64,000 bases of DNA from Naegleria gruberi (Eukaryota), in the NCBI GenBank assembly GCA_000004985.1, contig GG738936.1. One strand, 5' to 3'. Under the pieces are notes generated by a model. It was not told the origin of the DNA, did no database searches, and saw nothing but the letters and a program-made list of their open reading frames with translations. Shown in pieces: positions 44,196-56,529 of this stretch. Within the stretch, counting starts at the first letter, position 1. Each line of letters opens with the position of its first letter. The translations under genes and the position numbers were made by a program.

Positions 44196-45044
44196 TTATT
44201 CGAAATGAATGGTGGTACGTACTCCATAATGATCTGAAACTTCAATTCCATCCTCATTCTTCCATCTGATTATGTCGAATGAATGTTTGCAATTATTCGA
44301 AATAAAAACATGATCTAAACACCAATTATTAAATGTTGGAATTGGATAGGTCACTGGGTGTCTACTTGTATCATCGCCAAAAACATTTTTCAGCCCCAAT
44401 GAACTCATACTATTTTTCAAGTAGGCATAACTATCATTCGAATGCAATGAATCAATATTGTAATCTCCACAAATTACAACTCTAACATTTTCAAAATCAA
44501 TCTGGTAATGATTTCTGAAATTGTCAATCTTGTCATTCACAAATTGAACCAATTCCTTAATTTGTTCTCTCCTTGACCTATCCTTATGAGCATCCATATG
44601 AACTGAAAATATCATCAAATAATCAGCATCACCTTCTTCATTCTTCTTCTTCTTAATAAGTGCATAGAGAATTCCCTTTGCAACAATATACTCTGTATAA
44701 CTTGCATATTGGAAAATGTAATTTTCACTCTCTAGAATTTCATGTCTCGTTAATAGAAGTAATCCAGAATCTTGCATAAATAATTTGGGAGGTTGAGATT
44801 GAATGCACTGGTAGCCTAAATTATTTGCCTCACTGATCAAGAGTGTTTTAAGTTCGGAATTGAATGAAAATCCATTGAATAAACCAAATCCACCAAATTC
44901 AAACATTTCCTGAAGTGCAATCACATCTAAATCTTTTCCTTCATTTTGTAAATTTTCAATAAAACCAACAATTCGTTCCTTCTTGTGGGGTGGAACTCGT
45001 AGGGAGAGGGAAGTGAGCCACAGATTGTAACTGAGAAGATTCAT
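44196..45044 (-). CDS. endonuclease/exonuclease/phosphatase (EEP) family phosphodiesterase, neutral-sphingomyelinase-like
   Basis: LSYNLW...DVIALQE near the N-terminus; FSVHMDAH, ICGDYN and SDHYGV motifs match EEP catalytic residues; first ATG at 45044. Confidence 0.7.
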   Translation of the reverse strand: MNLLSYNLWLTSLSLRVPPHKKERIVGFIENLQNEGKDLDVIALQEMFEFGGFGLFNGFSFNSELKTLLISEANNLGYQCIQSQPPKLFMQDSGLLLLTRHEILESENYIFQYASYTEYIVAKGILYALIKKKKNEEGDADYLMIFSVHMDAHKDRSRREQIKELVQFVNDKIDNFRNHYQIDFENVRVVICGDYNIDSLHSNDSYAYLKNSMSSLGLKNVFGDDTSRHPVTYPIPTFNNWCLDHVFISNNCKHSFDIIRWKNEDGIEVSDHYGVRTTIHFE

Positions 45045-45146
45045 ATTTTTCAATTTAATTGGATTTTTAAATTCTTGAAACTAAACTGGATTTGATATTT
45101 CAAATCTAGATTAAAATTGTAAAGTGTTGAAAATAGAAAAAAAACT

Positions 45147-46258
45147 TTAATCGAACAATGGAAGACTCCAGAAATTGATTGGATCACAAGTTCTAGTGAG
45201 ATTGTTCTTTTCCAAACCTTCAAGAGATTCCATATCTTCACTTGACAATTCAAAATCAAAGATCTTGCTATTTTCAATAATTCTTTCTTCCTTAGTTGAC
45301 TTTGGAATAACAATACATCCTCTTTGAGTAGACCACTTCAACAAGATTTGAGCAGGAGTCTTTCCTAACTTTTCAGCCAAAGACTTGACAGTTTGATTGT
45401 TAACAGGTGAACTTTCATTAAAGTGACCAAGTGGAGAATAAGCAACCAAAGCAATATCACCAAGAGCTTGCTTCAATTTACGTTGATTAAGGTATGGGTG
45501 ACATTCAACTTGATTAGCAGCTGGCTTAATTCTGGCATAAGTCAACAAATCATAAACAAGAGCAATTGGGAAATTTGAAATACCAATTGACTTGACCAAA
45601 CCATCATCAACAAGTTTTTCCATTTCTTCCCATGTTTCTCTGAGTGGAACAGCTTCCATAGCAATCTTTCCATTTTCATCCTTTGGGAAAACATTTTCAT
45701 CCTTCTTAATATCATCACCAACATATTTGAAATTGAAAGGCCAGTGAATCAAGTACATGTCCAAATAATCTAACTTTAAATCACTCAAGGTTTGAAGACA
45801 AGCCTTTCTAACATGTTCCTTCTTGTGGAAAGTATTCCAAAGCTTGGAAACAACATAAACATCGGAACGATTAAACTTCTTTTCAGTATTAAAGAGTCTA
45901 TCAAAGGTTTCACCAATTTCCTGTTCGTTTCTATAGATGGCTGCACAATCAATATGACGATAGCCTTGTTCGAGAGCAAATTCAACAGCACGTGAAACTT
46001 CTCCTGGAGCAGATAACCAAGTACCTTTTTATCAATATATTATTTATGTAAATATGTATATATGTATTGTTGAATAGAATATTATATTAATAATTGATCA
46101 TTATCATCACAATAATATTAATCATCATCACACAATATATATTCATATTAAAATAATGAATTTAATAAATTAAAATCAAGCTTACCTAAACCAAAGATTG
46201 GCATCTTGGTACCATTATTCAAAGTGATGGATTGATCGAGTGGAGTAACTTGAGACAT
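45147..46258 (-). CDS. aldo-keto reductase; exons 46258-46186, 46024-45147
   Basis: MSQVTPLDQSITLNNGTKMPIFGLG/TWLSAPGEV...GYRHIDCAAIY...LSDLKLDYLDMYLIHWP...IGISNF; the 161-nt AT-rich intron splits the GLGTW motif in phase 1. Confidence 0.8.
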
Positions 46259-46633
46259 TTTTGTTCTTTTTTCTATTTGTTTAATTCCTATATATTGTTT
46301 GCATTGCACCTTCTCAAGTTTAAGAAGAAGAAAACTTTGAATTACTCCACTCTGGTAATCCTACGTTCATATGCATTGTAAAGTTACAAATAAACTTCGA
46401 TGGTACGTCCTTTAATCGGAGTTGGGCTGTATTAGTGCATACTCGGTGAGAATAATTTTGAGTAGAAATGATTACATGAATAATTAACCTGTGCTGGTAA
46501 CGCTTACCATATTGCATTTCCTTTATAGTAACAGTTCAGTGTACAACAGAAATTTATTGGAAGGTTTGATTTTTGAAGAGCTACAAAAGGAAGCATTAAG
46601 AAGATATTGCAAAATTGAAAATCACACAAAAAA

Positions 46634-47620
46634 ATGTTAGAAAGACAACCACTTGTTTATCAAGCATCATTTGATGTTGTTACAAACCAATCAGTGTTTA
46701 CTCCTTCTCTACTGTTGAGGGAGTACAAGCATGTGAAGGGAATAAGTACATTCACATCTTCAAGAGTTGATTATCATTCTAACTCAGTTAGTTGGCAATT
46801 ACCACAACAATTCGAAACTGAAACTCTTCCATTGTTGGACAATTTATTGAACAGACACAGTGCATGGTTTCTTCCATTCTACATGTTCTCAATGTTGGCT
46901 GCATCGTTATTCAGTTTGATTGGTTCTGCATTGCCAACTTTTATTGGTTGCATTTTCATGTTGTTTTTCAATTATGAGAGAAATAGAAAATTGAAGAAGA
47001 ATATGGAAAATATTATTGAACAAGAAAATGAACTCAATTTCAAACCAAAAGGTTTATTGTTGGTTTTGAATCCAAATGGAGGAATTGGAAAGTTTGATTT
47101 GGGTGGAAGTTGGACTTTGAATATTGTGTCAAATGCTTCATTCATTGATAATGGAACTCCAAATATGAAAATTCATGAAATTGTTGCTACTAATGATACA
47201 GTCACTCGTTTATTTAATCAAGAACTTCCACAATGTATTTCAGAAAGATTTGGTCTTTCACAAATTGACTGGGGTGAAACAATTGAAGAAATGAATAGAA
47301 TTTATTTGAGTGAAATTGAAATGGAAGAAAGGTTAATTATCAAACCATTGTATTGTTATTTGTTTGCATGTTCCTTCCTTTTTAACATTCCAATTCTTGT
47401 TACATTTCCAATTCCAATCATTTATTATTTAATTGTCAAGTATTTGAAAATTAACAAATTTAAACAATCCAATCAAGTATTGATGGAATCTTTCATCAGT
47501 GAGAGAAATGAGAAAGTATTTGTACCTAAAGGATTATATTTGAATTTAATTCAAGAGAAAGCAATCGCTTCAGTTTCCACATATCAAAATATTCTTCAAC
47601 TCTGTCAATTACAACATTAA
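46634..47620 (+). CDS. hypothetical membrane protein (328 aa)
   Basis: ATG-initiated ORF with two hydrophobic regions (about aa 80-110 and 240-270); no family recognised. Confidence 0.5.
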   Translation: MLERQPLVYQASFDVVTNQSVFTPSLLLREYKHVKGISTFTSSRVDYHSNSVSWQLPQQFETETLPLLDNLLNRHSAWFLPFYMFSMLAASLFSLIGSALPTFIGCIFMLFFNYERNRKLKKNMENIIEQENELNFKPKGLLLVLNPNGGIGKFDLGGSWTLNIVSNASFIDNGTPNMKIHEIVATNDTVTRLFNQELPQCISERFGLSQIDWGETIEEMNRIYLSEIEMEERLIIKPLYCYLFACSFLFNIPILVTFPIPIIYYLIVKYLKINKFKQSNQVLMESFISERNEKVFVPKGLYLNLIQEKAIASVSTYQNILQLCQLQH

Positions 47621-47658
47621 CTTTAAATAAAATCAATAAGATATTTAGTAGTATTAAA

Positions 47659-50600
47659 TTAATTTAGAATGAGATTATCATTGGAAGGGGTTGAATTTTT
47701 ACAATTCGTTTCAATCTTGATTGGATCATCAACAGATTTGTGTGCTGATATTTTGTTCTTTGAAATGGTCAATCTATCACATTCGTCACCATAAATAGCA
47801 AAACTACCATTGGCAGATATTTCATTATCAATAATATCAGCTTCAAATTGTCTAACTTTGACTCCCATATTAGAATTGTTAATAATCTTATTTTCCTTGA
47901 TGGTTGCATATGCTTTTTGAACAATAATACCATCACTATTCTCGGTTATTTCATTCTTTTCAATGATTGGATTTGATTGTTCAACAACAATTATGCCCTG
48001 TTTAGCACATCCAAATATTCTATTGCCTACAATTGAAGGTGTTGCACCTTGTCTTATTTCAATACCAGAATAGACATTGGAAAGAATTTCATTTCCTTGG
48101 AAAATGAGAGTATTATCAATATCCTTTCCCTTAATTGAAACACCACTCTGACGATTGGAGTATATTTGATTGTTTCTAATGGTTGGATTAGAGTTTCTGA
48201 GTTCAAGACCAGCATAGGCGTTTTCATAAATTCTATTCTTTTCAACAGTTCCTCTACTCTTGGTAGCAATCAAAATACCACAAATACCTCCCTTGTAAAT
48301 TTCATTCTCAATGATATCTATATTACATTCATTTGATACTTCGATACCAGCCATGGTATTATCAAATATTTGATTATGCATGAGAGTGGCTTTACATTGG
48401 GCATTCACAACAATACCTGCTGCTTTTTGGCCCATAATAACATTCTTGGTTATTTTCACATCTTTACATTCCTTGAAGAGTTGAATACCTGAACTTTCAT
48501 TTCTGATAATTTCATTTTCTTGAACTGTTCCTGTAGATTGAATCATTAGCAGAGATTTCTTCTTTGAACCAGTGATGAGATTGTTAGTAATCTTGAGTTG
48601 AGATTTTTCAGCAACAATAGCATTTTCGTTCATAACAAATTTGCTGTTATGAATAAAAGCTTGAGAAGATCTAATTTCACAAGCAATACCTTCAGATTCT
48701 CTGAATTCAGAATTGACAATTTTGAGACTGGAATTTCTGGTTGCTATTGTGGAAAATCGGCTGAATTTACAATTCCTAATTTCACATTCAGCTCCATCAT
48801 CAAGTCTGATATGTAAGCCTTGTGATTTTGGATTTCCTCCATTTTGTTGAGGTGTAACAACAACATCAGCACTTTTTGCTTCCTTTGTTGCCTTGAAGAA
48901 AATATTCTCGAATATAATGTTAGAGCCAGCCTCTAACATGATACTACCAGCTTCTCCAAGTGTAATGATTGGATAAAGTATGTGAGCTTGTTTTTCCGAT
49001 TCTTCTCCAATGATATGTATCAGCTTATGGTTCATTTTGGTATTAATTCTAATTTTTTCATTACTATAAAGACCCATTCGCACTTGAATGGTAATCTTTT
49101 GTTTGAATGAATTGGAATTGTCAGAGTTTGATATTGGAACTGGTGTTTGTTTCATATTGACAATATGGTTGAGGGCTTCTGTAATGGAGCTGAAATCTCC
49201 CTTTCCTGTATAGTCAACTACAAATATATTGTCCATAGAGGTCTTTTGTTCAACAACAATTTCTTGTTCACTCTCATTCGATTCAATCATTGGAGTTGAT
49301 TCATCACTTGGTGGTTTTGAGGCAGTATTTGAGGCAACAGTTACATATCTTGGATGCTTACGAATAGACTTCAAAGGGCCATAAGGAGTTTCATCTCCAT
49401 TCAAGAAAACTTCAGCGAATGATTTCAAACATTTCCAATATTGGGCATGTTGAATAATTACTTGTCTGATAGCAACATTGGTGGCCTTTGATGGTGGTTT
49501 GATAGAAATTGGAGATGGAGGCAAGTTCAATAAACTTCTCAGAGAAGCAGTTGCACATGATGCTGTTACATCTGTCTTATATCCACCTTCGAGAGCTAAA
49601 ACAATTTTACCACCTGCCAATTGTTTTAACATACCAATAATATGTTCATATCCACTTGGTGTTAAGGACATTCTTCTTCCCAAAATATCACCCTTGGCAG
49701 CATCAAAACCAGCTGACACAATGACCAAGTCAGGTGCAAACTCTGTACAAACAGGAATAATCAATTGTCTGAAAATGGCAATATAATCAGAATCACCAAA
49801 GGTAGCAGTGGATGGTATCTTATAGTCTTTTGGAGGGAGAGGTATGTTCAATGTGTAACCTTCACCCTTTCCGATACCAACTTCTTCTAATGAACCAGTT
49901 CCAGGGAAATAATTTTGCTCGAATCTGTGAATGGAAACATAGAGAATAGATGGATCATCCTCAAAAATTTCCTGTGTACCATTACCGTGGTGAATGTCAA
50001 AGTCAATGATGGCTACTCTACCAACAGATTTGAATTGTTGAGCTACACGAGCTGCTACAGCAGCATTGTTAAAGAAACAGAATCCCATTGGATCTTCTGT
50101 TTGAGCATGGTGACCAGGTGGACGTACAATAGCCATTCCGTTTTCCAATTCTCCATTCAATACCTTCTCAGTTAGTTTAATTACACCACCTGCTGCTAAT
50201 CTTGCTGCTTTAAGACTGAATTGATTAATTTGGATATCATGCTCGTTATCTTGCACGATACCTCTCAATAAATTATGGTTTGAAGTTGTAGGATTGAATT
50301 GTCCTTTAAATTCAAAGAAATCATCAATATATTTTTCTGTATGGACCAGAGCAAGTTCTTGTTGTGTCACTTCTCTTGACTTCATAATTTCACATTCATC
50401 CAACAAGTTGTGTTCTTGAATCATATTCCAAATATGACTAATACGAACTGGTGTTTCTGGTATTGGACCATCATGAAGACACATTCTAGCATCATATAAT
50501 AATCCTGTTTTCTTTGGTTGATATTTTTCATTGAGGGATTGATTTTGAGTTGATAATTCAATAGGCCCCAACACTATGGAAGATTTTTCAGTGGTTAAAT

Positions 50601-51775
50601 TATTCAATTTGTCAGAGTCAATGATTGTTATCAAGTGCTTGTTCTTTTCCACAAATTCTAAAGTATTTTGTCTTCCGTTCAAGAATGAGTCCATGTCTAC
50701 AATCTTTTCATCTTCGTTTTGTGCAGTTGGATTATTTTCAACCAGTAAAACTTTTGAATTATTTTTTCCAATTACAACTCTATCACAATATGTTTTCAAT
50801 TGATCAGATGAATCCAAATTCACAAAAATATTCTTTTTGGTGTTGGATGCAATTATAGACTCTAGAGATCCATCATTATCCTCTAATTTTCTCTTTTTCG
50901 ATGAAGAATCTAATGAGTTCGAGCCTTCTGGATCTGAAGATTTCTTTGAATTATTTTCCTCAACGAATGGGTATGGAGCTAATTTCCAATCTCTGGCACA
51001 ATCATATAACCAATTCTTATCTACACGCTTAATTCCCCATTTGATCGATGTATCATATTTGGCACCAGCTGCAACTTTGTAAAGTAAATGAGTATTTTCC
51101 TGTGTCATATTACTGGAATATTTGCTTCCCATTGCTGCTATTAAATATTGCAATCTTGTTTTTTCTTTCTTTGGAAAACCAGATAAGGTAAAGTTCTGAA
51201 AAAGGAATGTAAAAAATATTAGTGCTATTGAATTATACTTACAAATCCTTCCATATCTGTAATTGGATAATCTTTCACGGGATAGTGGAGTGGATTTTGA
51301 ATTTTCCTTCCAAATTTCTCAGTAATTACTAGAGGTTGAACACCATGAACAAGCATACAATCATCGAGCCAAAAACTAGTTACAATCGTTTTCTTTTCTT
51401 CGAGTGCCTTTGAAAATAAGCCACTAAACGTGTCACAATCTCAACTACTTACTCTATAGAAATTTTCTCCTCTCTGAACACTTGCCATCAAGTGTGTAAT
51501 ATTACTCTTATACATGGTCACAACTTGTCCACCAAGTTTTTTGATAATTTCCCTGTAGAGTTCGGCCTCAGCTTCCTCATGTGTAAGTGGATCCACAAAG
51601 AATGTGCACCCTTCGAGAAATTCTGGCACATCTTCCATGTTTAGACCTGCAGCTGCGATTGGATTGGTAGTTCTGGTTTGTGGACGTTGTCTTCCTATCA
51701 TAATAATTAATGATCCAAGAAATAAGACCAACTTGCCAATGACATTAAAACAACTTACTTGACATTTTCGGGGAA
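47659..51775 (-). CDS. tandem-BRCT + class-II histone deacetylase + C-terminal PbH1/CASH parallel-beta-helix protein (about 1316 aa); exons 51775-51769, 51694-51453, 51407-51243, 51195-47659
   Basis: BRCT-like blocks (CTFFVDPLTHEEAEAELYREIIKKLGGQVV...; TSFWLDDCMLVHGVQP; IKWGIKRVDKNWLYDCARDWKLAPYPF); HDAC motifs RPPGHHAQ, GFCFFNNAAVAARVAQ, IIDFDIHHGNGTQEIF, ALEGGY; C-terminal about 450 aa of 22-23-aa PbH1-type repeats (NxIxxNxxxGIxV); exons joined by GTAAGT donors with frame continuity, first coding exon only 7 nt. Confidence 0.7.
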
Positions 51776-52151
51776 GAATAAATTAAAGTTGTTTGTTTAG
51801 GGAGATTTAAATAGATATATAAAATCTATTGAAAAGATAATTAATAGACGATATTAAATGTTTTGGTGTTCAGCAAGGCTTTTTAAAGTCTTGCACAATT
51901 TACCAACAAAATTTGATTCGGAAGATTGAACGATTTTAATATTAAAAACACACTAATAAGCGATAAGATTTAATTCTCAACAATCTGCTTCACAACGACT
52001 AATGTAAAGGCAAAATAATATTGAGAGTAAAAATCAACCAAGGGAATCGATAAATATGAACTCCTTGATGTTCGGTGTATTTTTTTTCTAACTTGCAACA
52101 CATGTCGGATTTGAACAGCAGGCATATGTTGATTTATTATGACACAATTCA

Positions 52152-53234
52152 TTACAGCTCATCACAAAACCATGAATCATCTAACATGATTGGTTCTTGT
52201 TTTCTTGGTTTTACCAGTTGTGATGCCTTGTCATCTAGAATATTTTGAAGGAATTTTTGTGAGGTTGATTTGGTTTTGGATGGTTTTTCAATTTTTGGAA
52301 TTTTAACATGTGGCCGTATCTCTAATTTTTCAATTAATTCTGGCTCATATACTTGTTTTCTCTCTAAAGTATCTAAGTGAAGCTTAATTTCATCAATTTT
52401 ATGCTCGCAATCTTGTACACATTTTGTTATGGATTGAGATGATTCAAAGCTAGCTTTCTTGACATCTGCAAAATTCGAAGAAATGTCATGAGTCATCTCC
52501 ACAACTATTGATGATAATATTGAAAATGATATTATTCTAATGTACTTACTCTTATCACTTAACATTGAATATTGTTCCTCTATCATGAATTGATGTTTTT
52601 CCAATACGGATTCTATACTGTCCATCTTTTTCATCAAATTTATCATCACACTAGAAAGCTCTTCTTGCATTTCGTTCTGCTTTTGTTGGACTGATGCCAC
52701 TTTTTCTTCTAAGTTTTGAAATTTGAGTGTAAACCATTCCTTGTCAATTGTTGACGAAAGAGAAAGGCTTGATTTGGACTTTATCAAGAAGTTATCAAGA
52801 TTATTTTGATGAGGAACACCAGTGGCATTTTGTGATGATTGTTTGTTTGAGTCAGTGGAAGGAGGTATCGGAGCGAAGGGAATGTTATTAGAAGAACCTG
52901 AAGGATTCGTCATTGAGATGAAGAATGATGATGGAGAAAGTACATCTTTTTGTGATCCGGATTGGGATGATTGCTTTTGTTTCCCTCCACTGAAAATATC
53001 CATTAATTGAGCAACATTCCTCTTACTATCAGATTAATGTATCAAATAGATGAATAATATTATTCTAATGTAAACTAACCTTCCGTTACTAGGTGATGAA
53101 GATAATAGCCTATTACTGTACAATGTATTATTACTTTGAGAGGGTCTTAATGCTAACAAATTTGTAGCCTGAGAATTGAATGATCCTTGAGTTTGAGAAG
53201 AAAAATATTGTTCTAGTGGTGATTGTTGAGACAT
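52152..53234 (-). CDS. Ser/Gln-rich coiled-coil protein, unknown function; exons 53234-53080, 53025-52550, 52504-52152
   Basis: two GT-AG introns restore a single frame; the 45-nt second intron is in frame and stop-free, so the track reads through it; central heptad-repeat region. Confidence 0.5.
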
Positions 53235-53552
53235 TTTTTAAATAACTTAGCCTTAGTTGACTTGGTAAATTTTTCCCGCCTTAATTTTACATTTTTTCTT
53301 TTTTGCTCACAAAACACGATCATTACCTCTTCATCTTTAAGATTAGTAGATTCATCATAAGAAGATAATCATCAAAATCTACAAAAGGAGTGACAAGTAA
53401 TTATAAATTAATGGAGATGACATTGTAAAGTCTTTGTGTTCATATCGAAATTGAAATGAATAAACAACTTTCCCACATAAAAATAGTCCCAACCAACATC
53501 ACAGCCTAATACACACCATATCATCGTCATTGAGAACAAGAGGAGTGTTTTT

Positions 53553-56465
53553 ATGTCATCATTACCAACATCCATTGTTGCCTCTTCTCATCATGGAATA
53601 ATTACTAATAGTAATCATTTGCAAGGCAAAAAAGCAACCACAAATTTATCTTGTTTAACTACAAGTCTATTGTTGGATAGAACCCACAATCATCACCAAC
53701 ATGAAGAACAACAAATAATAATCGGAAGTAGTAGTACAGACAATGGTAGTGATGATAGGATATTAGAGAGTAATTGTAGTAATAATTATATAGTAGGAAA
53801 AGAAGAGGATGAAATTAAAGTGGAAACATCAACTTTAGATAATCATTGTTCTACAACAAAGGGAGAAAAAACACCAGTATCTCCTGCTAATGAAACAGAA
53901 GAACAGAATGTTGACAATACTCTCGAATCACTTTGTATTGAATACTTGATGAAGAATATCGAAAACTTTTCAAAGCCTCCTTCGAGTGTGGTCGATAATA
54001 ATTATTATGAATTTCTTGAAAAGGTTGAAGCTAAACTTGGCAATCAACAAGCACCACCACAAACTAATGGTTCTTCTGCAGCTTCCTATAAGCATTTATT
54101 AAAACAAAGAGCAAGAAGTTCTTCAATTGGAAAAGTTGGTGGTGGAGGTGGAAATATTACAAATTATTTGCCAGCAACATTTGTGATGAGTCAACAAGCA
54201 TCGGAAGAGGTTTATCCATTTCCACAAGCTGTTTCTCAATTAATTGTGAATGGATTGTGTACCTCTAAACAAATTAGTCTTCCACTTTTAATCAAGTTGA
54301 GATATTCTGGGTTATCGAATTTGAATTTATCTTTGAATGGACGTGTTCATGATGATTGGATGATGTTATTGAGAGAAATACCTTTGGAAACTTTAAATTT
54401 ATCACATTGTTTAATCACTAATCAAAGTTTATATTATGTGAAAGGAAAGAAACATATTATACCATGCCCAGAAAATGAGACGAATAATGAAAGGGGTTCT
54501 CCTACACTTCCTGAAGAGTCTGAATCTGAATCTGAAAGTGATTCTGAAGAAACACAAAAGAAGAGTGTTACTTTTTCTTTTGATTCAAATCCAAACAGAA
54601 AACCTCCTAAAAAGAAAAAGAAAAAGATAGTAGGGACTAGTTCTGTCTCCACGCCTCACAAGAGAGTACCTTCTGCTGATAGTAATGGTTCAGATAAGGA
54701 TAACGATAAGAAAAAGAAGAGTGGACCAAAGAGTACAACTTCTAGTGGTTCTGGTGGAAGTGGCTCATCTTCTAAAAAGAGAAAAGATGGTTCCATTCAA
54801 GTCACCACACCTTATACTCTTTCCCGAACACTCAAGTCATTGAATATGTCAAATATTCATGAAATTACGCATGATTCATTCAAGTTGATTCCTCAACTAT
54901 TCCCAAATCTTACAGCTTTGTCATTTGAGGGATGTAGTAACTTTACTAACAAATGCTTGGAACATATTTGCGGAAAAGTTCACAAATCTGAGGGAACCGT
55001 TCAAGAAAGTTCCAGTGTCAAACAATTGAGAAGAAACCTTAAAAAACTCAATTTGAAAAAGACGAAAATATCTGATGCTGGTGTCAGAAATTTACAAAGT
55101 CTAATCAACTTGGAATATTTAAATTTATCCGAGAATAAGCAATTGACGAACCATTGCCTAAAATTCTTGAAAGATTTAAAGTTTCTTTCATTCATAGCCA
55201 TTGATGGCAATGAAAGAATGACAGAGGATGGGTTGAGCTATTATCTCGGAGATGGAATAACCGGAATTTCAATTTCTGGAACATATATGGGTGATAACCC
55301 AGAACATTTTGCAAATTTTCCAAAGCTTAACTATTGGAATGCTTCAAATACCAATATTCACTCTCTGCAGAACAATGTTAAAAATTCATTTGCCTTCAAT
55401 AATCTCAGTGTGCTTAATCTATCTCACTGCAAGCTACTGGATGATAATTCTATGAAGAAATTTTTTGAAAGTTTGAATTGCCTATGCGAGGTGAATATTT
55501 CGAGCACTTTCCTTGATGATGAAGCTGTTAGTGGTCTATTGTCTTCAAAGAGTACTCTTAAAATTTTACATATCAACAACTGTGTACATATAACTGATCT
55601 TACCTTCGAGCATATTCTTCCATCCTTCAATATCATTACCGAGCTAGGTTTAAGGCAGATGAAGCACATCACTTATGCCAATGGATGGTGTCATTTATTC
55701 TCTGCTGACTTGCCAAAGGTAGAAAAACTATATTTGACTGCTAGTTTTATTAACCAAAGGTCTGATCAAGTGGAGCAAGAAGGATTTAAGGAAGCATTTG
55801 CAAATATTTGCAAAAATTTGAAAATATTGGATTTAAGTTGTAATTTGAAAGGAATAGATGATGAAAATATTTCAGAGGCTATCTCTGCAATGACCAATTT
55901 GGAGTGGATAGATTTTTCGCATTGTGATAGAATTTCCTCAAAAACTGTTGAAAATATTGCCAAACACTGTTTTAGACACTTGACTCACTTTGCTATTAGT
56001 TATTGCAAGAAGGTAGATGGAGCAAGTATTCCACTATTAAGGTCCTGCAAAAGCCTTGAAGTATTGTACCTATCAGGTATCAATATTCTTCCACAACAGT
56101 TTGCCAAACTTGCTACTTTGGAGAATATTTCTGACTTGAGTGTGATGGATTGTAAAAAGTTGGAGCAAAGGGATGGTTGTACCGAATTCTTGTACATACT
56201 AAGCAACCAATGTAAATTCAAAAACAAATTACTCATGCTAAATTTGTATGGCCTTTACATTTATGAAGATTCTTTGGGATTTTTAGTTAGTTTGGATAAT
56301 TTAGTCACACTAAGATTGTCAACTCATGAAGAGCTTGAGGACCTGGGAGCTTTGTACGATCTACACAATCTGGTCTATTTGAAAACCAATGTTCTACAAT
56401 CCAAATCTCTTCAACAAGATTACAAAGCCTCCAAAGGATTCAACAGAGAAGTTTTCTCAATTTAA
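53553..56465 (+). CDS. LRR protein of the cysteine-containing (FBXL-like) LRR type with Ser/Glu-rich and polybasic N-terminal region
   Basis: C-terminal about 550 aa of repeated LxxLxLxxCxxITD-type LRRs; KKKKKK and SESESESDSEE low-complexity region. Confidence 0.65.
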   Translation: MSSLPTSIVASSHHGIITNSNHLQGKKATTNLSCLTTSLLLDRTHNHHQHEEQQIIIGSSSTDNGSDDRILESNCSNNYIVGKEEDEIKVETSTLDNHCSTTKGEKTPVSPANETEEQNVDNTLESLCIEYLMKNIENFSKPPSSVVDNNYYEFLEKVEAKLGNQQAPPQTNGSSAASYKHLLKQRARSSSIGKVGGGGGNITNYLPATFVMSQQASEEVYPFPQAVSQLIVNGLCTSKQISLPLLIKLRYSGLSNLNLSLNGRVHDDWMMLLREIPLETLNLSHCLITNQSLYYVKGKKHIIPCPENETNNERGSPTLPEESESESESDSEETQKKSVTFSFDSNPNRKPPKKKKKKIVGTSSVSTPHKRVPSADSNGSDKDNDKKKKSGPKSTTSSGSGGSGSSSKKRKDGSIQVTTPYTLSRTLKSLNMSNIHEITHDSFKLIPQLFPNLTALSFEGCSNFTNKCLEHICGKVHKSEGTVQESSSVKQLRRNLKKLNLKKTKISDAGVRNLQSLINLEYLNLSENKQLTNHCLKFLKDLKFLSFIAIDGNERMTEDGLSYYLGDGITGISISGTYMGDNPEHFANFPKLNYWNASNTNIHSLQNNVKNSFAFNNLSVLNLSHCKLLDDNSMKKFFESLNCLCEVNISSTFLDDEAVSGLLSSKSTLKILHINNCVHITDLTFEHILPSFNIITELGLRQMKHITYANGWCHLFSADLPKVEKLYLTASFINQRSDQVEQEGFKEAFANICKNLKILDLSCNLKGIDDENISEAISAMTNLEWIDFSHCDRISSKTVENIAKHCFRHLTHFAISYCKKVDGASIPLLRSCKSLEVLYLSGINILPQQFAKLATLENISDLSVMDCKKLEQRDGCTEFLYILSNQCKFKNKLLMLNLYGLYIYEDSLGFLVSLDNLVTLRLSTHEELEDLGALYDLHNLVYLKTNVLQSKSLQQDYKASKGFNREVFSI

Positions 56466-56529
56466 TTATTGAGAAGTTTCTACATTAATTAAAAATGTTT
56501 ATTCGGTACAGCTAATAATCTTTGTCACT

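Noticed and set aside
45785-45995. Overlapping plus/minus 67-68-aa ORFs
   Set aside because: Wrong frames over the aldo-keto reductase exon 2; the true AKR frame continues upstream to the GLGTW exon.
48054-51082. Multiple 70-100-aa ORFs on either strand within 47659-51153
   Set aside because: Alternative frames of the HDAC/PbH1 CDS; low-complexity artefacts.
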